Of a stretch of 64,000 nucleotides of DNA, positions 40,859-48,931 are shown one piece after another. Both the position numbers and the translations under genes were made by a program. This DNA comes from Geosporobacter ferrireducens (lineage in GTDB: Bacteria; Bacillota; Clostridia; Peptostreptococcales; Thermotaleaceae). The notes under the pieces were generated by a model, which searched no databases, was not told where the DNA came from, and was given only the letters and a program-made list of their open reading frames with translations. Position 1 is the stretch's first letter. Each line of letters opens with the position of its first letter. The DNA is taken from positions 1,465,416-1,529,415 of the forward strand of contig NZ_CP017269.1 of NCBI RefSeq assembly GCF_001750685.1, in the 5' to 3' direction.

Positions 40859-41099
40859 CTTGGAGACTATGAATAATGGCTGTCTGCTCCTCTATATCTT
40901 CTCTTTGTAATTTAATCCGTAGGGCATCTCCTATGCATTCCTTACTATGAATCTCTAAGTGTTCCCGTAAGCTCTCTTCATTAACATGACTATGATGGTT
41001 CACCACCAATGTAAATGCTTCTATTTTCTTCAGTTTATATTCCTGACATAGTTCCTTTAGGGATTGTGCTATTTTATTTAATAAATAAGTATCATGCAT
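40839..41099 (-). CDS. HypA-like nickel metallochaperone N-domain protein lacking the C-terminal Zn-ribbon
   Basis: MHDTYLL N-terminus resembles the HypA MHE nickel-binding start, but no CxxC...CxxC is present. Position in the operon matches hypA. Confidence 0.45.
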   Translation of the reverse strand: MHDTYLLNKIAQSLKELCQEYKLKKIEAFTLVVNHHSHVNEESLREHLEIHSKECIGDALRIKLQREDIEEQTAIIHSLQGETFEL

Positions 41100-41111
41100 T
41101 TTAAACCCTCC

Positions 41112-41552
41112 TTATGATTTGATAATGAATTGATACACTTCCTCACATATATGAGAGAGCCTGGTTTCTAATACGTTGCTCAGTTTTAAACTAAAATCAA
41201 TCTCTTCCACTTCGATACCAACGATAAATCCGTCAACAGATTTTCCATAGATCTTTAGGAGGTGAACGAAACTTGGTTGGTGCTGTGAATAAGCTTGCGG
41301 ATGCGCTTTAATAGATTTATCAATCGGAGTAAAGGTTACAGTACCTGGTTTCACATTAAAGTAGGTTGCATCAAGAATAAATAAAAAATCTCCGTCCTCA
41401 ATTTTGCTTAAGGTAAAATCAATATCTGTCTCTCCTAGTATTACTTCGATGCCAATATGCTTCAACCGTGGTGAAAGTTCCTCTCCTACCCTGATTCCTA
41501 TGCTATCATCCCCCATGATCCGATTGCCAATCCCAATACATTTTACAGCCAT
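41112..41552 (-). CDS. hydrogenase maturation endopeptidase (HyaD/HybD/HycI family)
   Basis: IGIGNRIMGDDSIGIRV motif. Likely start MAVKC at 41552 next to the large-subunit stop. Confidence 0.85.
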   Translation of the reverse strand: MAVKCIGIGNRIMGDDSIGIRVGEELSPRLKHIGIEVILGETDIDFTLSKIEDGDFLFILDATYFNVKPGTVTFTPIDKSIKAHPQAYSQHQPSFVHLLKIYGKSVDGFIVGIEVEEIDFSLKLSNVLETRLSHICEEVYQFIIKS

Positions 41553-41553
41553 C

Positions 41554-42963
41554 TTATACAATCCTAATCTGCACCAAAGAATATCCACCACTTAATACAT
41601 GAGTGGCACAGGAAACACAGGGATCAAAGGACCTAACAATTCTTCCTATTTCCACAGGTTTTTTCAAATCTTCTATGGTTGTTCCTATCAATGCTTTTTC
41701 TACTACTCCCTTGAGTCCTCTAGAATCTTCTGGTGATAGATTCCATGCAGTGGGGGTAATAATCCCATAGTTTTGAATGCCTTCATCTTGAGTGGTAACC
41801 CAATGACCTAGGGCTCCTCTCGTAGTATCGATAAGCCCCTTTCCCTTGGCTTCACCTGGAAACGCATATCTTCCTTGTTGCGTTGGCTTAAACTCTACCC
41901 GTTCCAAAAGACCCTCCATAATTTCGATGATTTTTCCTACTTCTAACACCCTGGCAATGATTCTATCCATAGTTGAAATACCTCTGGTATAGTTACCACT
42001 TAACCACATCCTTGCAAGGGGGCCAACTTCCATGGGATTTCCTTCATACCGTGGTGCTTTAATCCAACTATAGCCCTCCTCCTTATACACATTTTCTTCT
42101 ACCGTTGGCTCCGTTGGTCTTTGTTCTGTCTGCCTTGCCTCATACCAAGCTCGATGAATGTTTTCAGTAATTTTTTCGGGGTTGAATCCTTGTAGCTCTC
42201 CATTGATAAATACCTGGGGACCCACATAAAATAGGTCTTTTTCCACGTAAGTATCAAATACCCCATAGGTCATTAGATTTTTATATCCTACTCCATTTTT
42301 AAAGTAATCAGGGTAATATTCTGCAGTGGTATATACATCAGGTATCATTCGTGTTACCACAAAATTCTTAATGGAGGCTAATATGGATTTGACCTTAATC
42401 CATTTCGCCGCATCTAGGTTCACTGTCACACCCCCTACAAATATGCCATGGGTATGGGGGGCTTTACCTCCAAGTACAGCTAACATTTCATGGGCTAGCC
42501 GGCTGTACTCAAGAGACTCCACATAGTTTCCAGATAACTCCCTATTCAACTCCTCAGGCAATCTATAATCATTATGAGTAACATTGTATAAAGGTTGAAT
42601 CTCCGGCCCCCTTACAAAGTCTGGCAAGGTATATTGGTAGAAATGCCTTAAATGGTTTTGAATAAATTCACATCCATGCATAAAATCTCTAATCATCTTG
42701 TCATTTTCATTAGGACAAATGTCTAATATATCTTCTAAGGCTAAAGTAGATCCCATGGAATGGGCAGTAGAACAAATACCACAAATTCTTTCTGTAAAAT
42801 AGATGGCATCCAAAGGCGGTCTTCCCCTTAACATTTTTTCAAAACCCCTAAAGAGCATACCACTACTTTTAGCATCGATAATTTGATTTTCTTCAACCTC
42901 TACTTGAATTTCTAAAAACCCACTGATTCGGGTAATTGGGTTGATGGTAATTTTACTTCCCAT
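41554..42963 (-). CDS. [NiFe]-hydrogenase large subunit
   Basis: N-terminal RICGICSTAHS (RxCGxC) and C-terminal DPCVSCATH (DPCxxCxxH), followed by a 14-aa extension removed by the protease. Confidence 0.9.
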   Translation of the reverse strand: MGSKITINPITRISGFLEIQVEVEENQIIDAKSSGMLFRGFEKMLRGRPPLDAIYFTERICGICSTAHSMGSTLALEDILDICPNENDKMIRDFMHGCEFIQNHLRHFYQYTLPDFVRGPEIQPLYNVTHNDYRLPEELNRELSGNYVESLEYSRLAHEMLAVLGGKAPHTHGIFVGGVTVNLDAAKWIKVKSILASIKNFVVTRMIPDVYTTAEYYPDYFKNGVGYKNLMTYGVFDTYVEKDLFYVGPQVFINGELQGFNPEKITENIHRAWYEARQTEQRPTEPTVEENVYKEEGYSWIKAPRYEGNPMEVGPLARMWLSGNYTRGISTMDRIIARVLEVGKIIEIMEGLLERVEFKPTQQGRYAFPGEAKGKGLIDTTRGALGHWVTTQDEGIQNYGIITPTAWNLSPEDSRGLKGVVEKALIGTTIEDLKKPVEIGRIVRSFDPCVSCATHVLSGGYSLVQIRIV

Positions 42964-42984
42964 AGTTTCCTCCCAAGTATTATT

Positions 42985-43863
42985 CTAATATCTTACAAAG
43001 GGCTCCATTCCGTCTGGAAACCTTTCTTGAGCACAGCCTATACAGGGTGTGTTATCTTCAATAGGCCAGTTTACATATCCATTCCACTGTCTTACAGGAC
43101 AATCGGTTCTAGTGACAGGCCCTCGGCAACCTAATTTAAACATACATTCTGGATTTCCTAGCTTTGTAGCAAAAATACCATTATCAAAATATGACCTTCG
43201 AGTACATCGATCGTGGATAGTAATACCATAAAATATTATGGGTCTGCTTTGGGCATCTAACTCTGGCATACCAAAGGCGATAAGGTTAGCGATTGTTCCG
43301 ATAGCCCAATCTGGATGGCTAGGACAACCTGGCACTCTGATCACTTCCTGATTTAAAAACTGTGGCACGCTGACACTTTGGGAAGGATTGGGTCGTGCAG
43401 CAGAAGGTCCTCCATAGGAAGCACAAGTTCCTACTGTCACCACGTACTTAGCCTTTTCCCCTGCCATTCTCACTGCCTCCATGGCCGTTACCAGCCCCCC
43501 TTGGTATCGGGCAATCACGGTGTATAGTCCATCATCCTTCGTAGCTACTGCCCCTTCGACCACCAGGATAAACTCCGTCTCTAAGGTATCCAAAAACTGC
43601 TGAAAGGCTGCCTCTCCTTCTGCAGCCATTAGACTATTGTTATATTTTAATGTCACCATCTGATCCAATAAATAAATTACATCTGGATTTTCTGCATTAA
43701 GTAAAGAAATAATATTTCCTGCACACCCCGTTGCCTCTAACCAGATTAAATTCATTTTATTCATACTAGCATTTTTGATTTTCTCTATTGCTAAACCCAT
43801 TATTCTTCTCGCTGTAATTGTTTTTGAATTGATCATTGGACAGTTACTTGATATCTCATTCAA
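42985..43863 (-). CDS. [NiFe]-hydrogenase small subunit (three Fe-S cluster type, no Tat signal evident)
   Basis: GTCASYGG, PGCP, and medial and distal cysteine motifs (CMFKLGCRG...DCP, CIGCAQ). The N-terminus lacks an RRxFxK twin-arginine motif. The first proximal-cluster Cys position appears as Ala (EATGCAGN). Confidence 0.85.
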   Translation of the reverse strand: MNEISSNCPMINSKTITARRIMGLAIEKIKNASMNKMNLIWLEATGCAGNIISLLNAENPDVIYLLDQMVTLKYNNSLMAAEGEAAFQQFLDTLETEFILVVEGAVATKDDGLYTVIARYQGGLVTAMEAVRMAGEKAKYVVTVGTCASYGGPSAARPNPSQSVSVPQFLNQEVIRVPGCPSHPDWAIGTIANLIAFGMPELDAQSRPIIFYGITIHDRCTRRSYFDNGIFATKLGNPECMFKLGCRGPVTRTDCPVRQWNGYVNWPIEDNTPCIGCAQERFPDGMEPFVRY

Positions 43864-43878
43864 ATGACTCCCTCCAAT

Positions 43879-44328
43879 CTATGGCTTTAACACCCCAACT
43901 TGAGGTAAGTTTCTTAAAATCTCAGGCCTCCCGCTATGGCAGCCCATAAAAGCGCCAGTTAAATCTCTACCAGCATACAAGCTAAAATGGGTACCTCCTC
44001 CCCAGGTTGCTTCTAAGCTTACATCGTAAACAATTCCATTTACTGCGACATAGGCAGACCTCCCATCTGAGCCATCATATTGGGCCAGCTCTTCCAGAGT
44101 GAACTCCCTTTGATTGGGTAGTGCATTTTCATCGACTTGATTACTTGGTTGGCTAGGCGGTTGGGCATACAATTGCAAATATTTCAAACGTCTTACCTCG
44201 TTATTGAATAGACCTTCGTAAATCATTCTTTGATAGGGATCTGAGCTTAATATAATCATCTGCTGATAATATTGTATATTGTGATAAATGAGAGACTTTT
44301 CTTTATCATACCAACGATTCGCCTTCAC
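43879..44328 (-). CDS. cytochrome b5-like heme/steroid-binding domain protein (possible hydrogenase redox partner)
   Basis: C-terminal FTLEELAQYDGSDGRSAYVAVNGIVYDVS...GRDLT resembles cyt-b5/MAPR. First gene of the hydrogenase operon. Confidence 0.55.
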   Translation of the reverse strand: MKANRWYDKEKSLIYHNIQYYQQMIILSSDPYQRMIYEGLFNNEVRRLKYLQLYAQPPSQPSNQVDENALPNQREFTLEELAQYDGSDGRSAYVAVNGIVYDVSLEATWGGGTHFSLYAGRDLTGAFMGCHSGRPEILRNLPQVGVLKP

Positions 44329-44644
44329 TCCATCTCCTCCAACATTCTTGATTTTATAAATTTTATGTTACGAAATCAGGAATTATTAGCCTTAACGGTT
44401 AGACCTCTACAAATTTGGTCCCTAGAGATTCTAAGAAGTTATATATCCATAACTATGATTTATAGAATTCTAACCAGTTCCTTACTTTTATAAAATCTCT
44501 TTGTTTTGCGAAATTTTTCCCCCTATAAAGCAAAGACCCCTAAACTTATCGTCTAGAGGAACATCCATCATTTTTTATTTTCATCTAAGACTTGCTAAGC
44601 TACTGATTTTAACCTACTTCTTCTCTATCAAAACCACACATTCT

Positions 44645-44880
44645 ACATCTCAAACGGCTGCGTCCGTATATTTAAAGAAGATGTTAATTTTATATAAGCG
44701 CTGGACACCATCGGTACAGCGGTTCGAATCATTCCTTCTGAGAGAGGTTTCCGTACCTATGCGGTGCAGATGAGATGTACCTTGTATTCCATTACCTTAA
44801 GCTTCGGAGTATCCTCTGAGAATCTTGTTGGTGTAAATGTGAGTGTGGATGCGATTACTGCTATTTTTTTGGGTAAAGCG
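44645..44880 (+). pseudogene. 3' fragment (catalytic Cys to LysM end) of a YkuD-LysM L,D-transpeptidase paralog
   Basis: Aligns at the nucleotide level with 33415-33660 of the intact copy (NGCVRIFKEDVNFI*...IIPSERGFRTYAVQ...) with frameshifts and stops. Homology starts abruptly at CAAACGG. Confidence 0.6.
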
Positions 44881-44966
44881 TTATTTACTGGTTAACAGCC
44901 TATTTCAGCGGGAAAAAGAGCGCAATGGTCATTATATTCCGGATGTAAAAAAGGATTGTTAGCTGA

Positions 44967-46070
44967 TTAGTGATCGGATTTAAGACCTGCTCCACACATA
45001 GGGATCAAGCAATCGGATAGCTTTTCATTTAATTCACAATACTTTAGGTAGGCTGCAAAAGTGGCTGCTGTTGTATGCTCACAATAAATACCTTTTGCAG
45101 CAAGAACTGTCCTGGCTTCCATAATTCGATTTTCAGGAGCTGTAATGATTTTAATATTGTGCTTATAGGTATATTCTAAAATTTCCTCGCCACGTATGGG
45201 TATGCCAATAGCAATTCCCTCAGCCATTGTTGGCTCAGGCTTCACCTTAACTGGATACTTTTCTTTTGTAACAAATGCTTTTGCAAAAGGATCACAGTAT
45301 TCGCTTTGAACGGCTATGATATTGGGCATTTTCTCAATGACAGCGCTCTCAAGAAGTTCTTCCAATGCCTTCACAATACCAATAAATAGCGTACCGTTAC
45401 CCAGGGGAACAAAAATATTTTCAGGAATTCTGTGCATTTGCTCATAGACTTCATAAATATATGTTTTTGTGCCTTCATAGAAGAACGGATTATACACATG
45501 GCTTGCGTAATATTTTCCCTCAGTATCCACTTTTGCTCTGCAGGCATCCGCACAGTCATCCCTTGTACCATGAACCACATTTACCCGTGTATTATGGGAT
45601 TGAATCATATTGATTTTTTTTGGTGATGTTCCTTCAGGAACAAAAATCTCACAATCTATACCCGCTTTTGCACTGTAAGCTGCCACACTATTTCCGGCAT
45701 TGCCACTGCTGTCCTGCACAACAGAATCTACCCCAATAGCTTTGCAGTGGGCAATCAATACGGCGGCACCTCTATCTTTAAAAGACAAGGTCGGCATGAA
45801 ATAATCCATTTTAAGTAGGACATCTTCATCAAACTGAATCACAGGGGTCATACCTTCTCCTAAACTGATTTTACGCCAGTGTTCTCCTTCCAATGGCATG
45901 AAAGCTCGATAACGGAAAATGCTCCAAGTATCACGATCCACTAAGGATAGATCAAACTTTGGAGGCTTATAATCCAATTTCCAAAGACTCCCACAGTCGC
46001 ACTTTGCCCTTTTCGTTGTTACCTCCGTCCCTATACCACACTTTGAACAGGTATATTTCATTTTTGACAC
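44967..46070 (-). CDS. thrC: threonine synthase-like PLP enzyme (Trp-synthase beta fold with N-terminal Zn-ribbon)
   Basis: CSKCG...CDCG zinc ribbon, SFKDRG PLP-lysine motif and GNAGNS glycine loop. Confidence 0.65.
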   Translation of the reverse strand: MSKMKYTCSKCGIGTEVTTKRAKCDCGSLWKLDYKPPKFDLSLVDRDTWSIFRYRAFMPLEGEHWRKISLGEGMTPVIQFDEDVLLKMDYFMPTLSFKDRGAAVLIAHCKAIGVDSVVQDSSGNAGNSVAAYSAKAGIDCEIFVPEGTSPKKINMIQSHNTRVNVVHGTRDDCADACRAKVDTEGKYYASHVYNPFFYEGTKTYIYEVYEQMHRIPENIFVPLGNGTLFIGIVKALEELLESAVIEKMPNIIAVQSEYCDPFAKAFVTKEKYPVKVKPEPTMAEGIAIGIPIRGEEILEYTYKHNIKIITAPENRIMEARTVLAAKGIYCEHTTAATFAAYLKYCELNEKLSDCLIPMCGAGLKSDH

Positions 46071-46079
46071 ACCTCCGCA

Positions 46080-46441
46080 ATCGCTTCAATTTCTATAAGA
46101 CATCCAAAGTGGAGTTTACCAACAGGCACAACTGTCCTTACTGGTTTGTGTTCGCCAAAGAATTCAGTATACACTTGGTTAACGATGTCTCACTGGTCGA
46201 TATCTGATACATACACTCTACACTGGACAACATCATTACGATTAAGCCCAGCTTCTTCTAGCACTCGGTCAACATTTTCCAGAGCAAGTTTCGCGTGTGC
46301 TTCGATTCCCCCATCTGGCACATTCCGGGTATCTGGATCTATAGATAGTTGTCCAGATATATACAACATTCCATTTGAAATAATTCCAGGTGTATAATGG
46401 CCTTTGTTTTCACCACGGTATTTTGGTTCTATCTTATACAT
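46080..46441 (-). pseudogene. ridA: RidA/YjgF-family deaminase interrupted by an in-frame TGA
   Basis: The frame reads ...RVYVSDIDQ*DIVNQVYTEFFGEHKPVRTVVPVGKLHFGCLIEIEAIAEV. The stop aligns with the conserved aromatic residue before the VNEVY motif. Confidence 0.6.
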
Positions 46442-46574
46442 ATTTTTTCCCCTCTCACTTCGTCTTGGTAACTTATGAATATATCATTCGTTTTTTCAAT
46501 TGTCAATATTAGATTCTTACACCCATTTACAAGTTTAATTAAGCTTCCTAAGCCTTATCAAGGAAGGCCTATAC

Positions 46575-46955
46575 TGCTTCTATTTCATTACATTACTTGT
46601 AAACGGGTGATATAACTTCAAGAACACGAATATACAGCAGGATTTAAAGGAGTTCATGCTTTTATGTAGAAGTTCGTTATGATACAAAAGATTTACACAG
46701 GAGGTACTGATATGAAAAAGGCGGTACTGATTTTAAGGTAGGTGGCTTAAATCATTTAACAAAACAAGGATGGCTTAGTACGATTATCACCATAGTTATA
46801 TTTATCGGAATATGGTTTTTTCTTTCTCAATGAGAATAATAGATGGTAGAATGAATCGAAAAATCCAGCGACGGGTGTACCCACCACGGGCTGGATTCGT
46901 TTCTTTGAAGACTATGGCACCCATGGAATCAACAATCCTGCTTGGATTGGCAACG
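46575..46955 (+). pseudogene. leader plus 5' fragment of the YkuD-LysM paralog (repeat family copy)
   Basis: Shares CATTACATTACTTGTAAAC...ACTTCAAGAA-ACGAATATA-AGCAGGATTTAAAGGAGTTCATGCTTTTATG and GGTAGAATGAATCGAAAAATCCAGCGACGGGTGTACCCACCACGGGCTGGATTCG with the 57.6-kb and 59.6-kb copies. Homology to the gene stops at GGCAACGG. Confidence 0.55.
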
Positions 46956-47077
46956 GGGAGACAAACGAAACGTCCCCAAGCCCTTATTGATCCCAAACCT
47001 GCTTCCGCTCTATCTGTGCTACAGGATTGTATGTAAAACCTATCCTATAATGAATGAAAGTTGGGTCATATATAATT

Positions 47078-48931
47078 TTATCGAACACACGCATAAAGCT
47101 TGTGATAGTCAAAGCTACAAAGCTCTTCCACCGTTTCAAATCTTGGAACATTACAGAAATGGTTATTATCAATCGTTTCGTAACTCAATAGAAAAATATA
47201 ATTGCTAACAACAAAGCTTTCTGTTCCCTCATGGGGAATATACTGTACTTCTTCGAAAGGATTTTTATTCAATATTCTAAAATATACATAGAATTCAAGA
47301 TCGAATTCCTGTCTTTCCGTAATTTTCTTTTCCACTGCTTGAAAGAATTCCTTCACAGGGTCTTTTTGGTATTCCTGCTTTATTTGTTGATTGATACGCA
47401 TCTGAGTGACTATGGGGGAAATATTTTTAACAATCGTATCAATTAATAATACCTCTTCTTCTTTTAAGCTGTCCCTTGTTTCGATTACCACTAAAAATCC
47501 CATAGGAGAAGATTTTTCGTAAGCACAGCTGCTCCCTGACCCCATAGGAGAAATTACCAAGCAATTAGAACTTCCTATTACATCTACCAGTGATTCCTCA
47601 AAAAAATCTTTTATTGCACCTTGGTGGAAATCTTGGATTGTCTCTCGTTGCTGTGCTTTCTGCCAAGCATCATTTATTGTAAAGCTTATCTTTTTATCTT
47701 CTAAACCTATACTATGCGTTATGGCATATTTTTCTTGATCTTGGTATGCAAAGAAAGCTTTTTTTATACCAAAATTTATTGTCAAAACCTTTAAGACTAG
47801 ATCTGACAATTCTTCAATACTATTACTTAAGTTAACGGTACGTATAACCCTATTCAGGGTATCTAGTATACTAAATTTCCTCTCCACTCTCTCTTTTTGT
47901 GTGAGCATTTCTTTGAATAATAGGGCATTGGAAATCGCAATATGGGTAAAGGAAGCCAAAGTTTCAACCAGTTCAAAGGTAGCGTCATCATAGAGCCGAT
48001 CATTGACAGCCTCGCTCAAGGTAATCACACCTAAAATTTCATCCTTTACAAGCAAAATTACATATTTAGCCTGTAGGGCATAGAATTCTTCCCAGTTTGT
48101 AAAAATAGTTTGAATGCTCTCTAAATCCTTCTCAATATCTAAAACAATCTTATATGCGTGATAGCTGCGATTTGAAATATGTAACTCCGTAAGGAATTTT
48201 GTATAATTATGTACATTTCGATAGCCTAATACCTTGATACTTTTTGAAATTGAATCATATACCCCAAAAGAAGTAACTTTACTGCAGGTAATTTCACTGA
48301 ATATATCGGTAGCTAGAGAATACAGCTTATCTAAATTAACCTCTGATAGTAAAGATTTTGCACTTTGATTGATCGCAAATAAATTAAATATTTTTTGATC
48401 CAGTTCTTTTGTTTTGAGATAAAGTTCATGGATTTGTTTACTGTTTTCTAGAGAATTTCGGAATAATTTCGTTAATGAGCTGGCGATAACCCGATCATCT
48501 TCTTCTAAATTCCCCAAAATCTTTCCATTTGAAATAATAAACCCGTAAAGATAATCATGAATCACCAGTGGAATCACAAGTTGAATATTAAAATCTTTAA
48601 TCACCTCTTCACTAAAAAATGTATCAAATCTATTTGTTATGATATCCCCATGAAGTACCGGTAGATCCTCAAAGAAGCGATTATGTGCAATGCTGTACTG
48701 TTTAATCTCGTATAACCTAGCGTTTTTAAGAACATAGTTATCTCCTTCACGAATAAACAACGCAGAAGAATTTAAAGTTAATATTTCATTTGTGAAATCA
48801 AAGGCATATGCTCCCAACTGGTCTAAATTAAACCTTTGGGTAAAAAAATCAATGGCCTGTAGCAATACTTCATAACGATATACTTTATGTGTGGTTCTCA
48901 CATCCTCCAATCTGCTTCCTCCTTTAGTCAA
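47078..48931 (-). CDS. three-GAF-domain protein with no recognisable output domain
   Basis: 617 aa with three GAF-like segments (LYGFIISNGKILG, ILGVITLSEAV..., PMGFLVVIETRD). Overlaps the upstream DUF342 gene by 8 nt. Confidence 0.5.
   Translation of the reverse strand: MTKGGSRLEDVRTTHKVYRYEVLLQAIDFFTQRFNLDQLGAYAFDFTNEILTLNSSALFIREGDNYVLKNARLYEIKQYSIAHNRFFEDLPVLHGDIITNRFDTFFSEEVIKDFNIQLVIPLVIHDYLYGFIISNGKILGNLEEDDRVIASSLTKLFRNSLENSKQIHELYLKTKELDQKIFNLFAINQSAKSLLSEVNLDKLYSLATDIFSEITCSKVTSFGVYDSISKSIKVLGYRNVHNYTKFLTELHISNRSYHAYKIVLDIEKDLESIQTIFTNWEEFYALQAKYVILLVKDEILGVITLSEAVNDRLYDDATFELVETLASFTHIAISNALLFKEMLTQKERVERKFSILDTLNRVIRTVNLSNSIEELSDLVLKVLTINFGIKKAFFAYQDQEKYAITHSIGLEDKKISFTINDAWQKAQQRETIQDFHQGAIKDFFEESLVDVIGSSNCLVISPMGSGSSCAYEKSSPMGFLVVIETRDSLKEEEVLLIDTIVKNISPIVTQMRINQQIKQEYQKDPVKEFFQAVEKKITERQEFDLEFYVYFRILNKNPFEEVQYIPHEGTESFVVSNYIFLLSYETIDNNHFCNVPRFETVEELCSFDYHKLYACVR

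Noticed and set aside
40839-41099. Calling the 86-aa gene a bona fide hypA
   Set aside because: It lacks the CxxC-Xn-CxxC zinc site that defines HypA. Annotated only as HypA-like, at reduced confidence.
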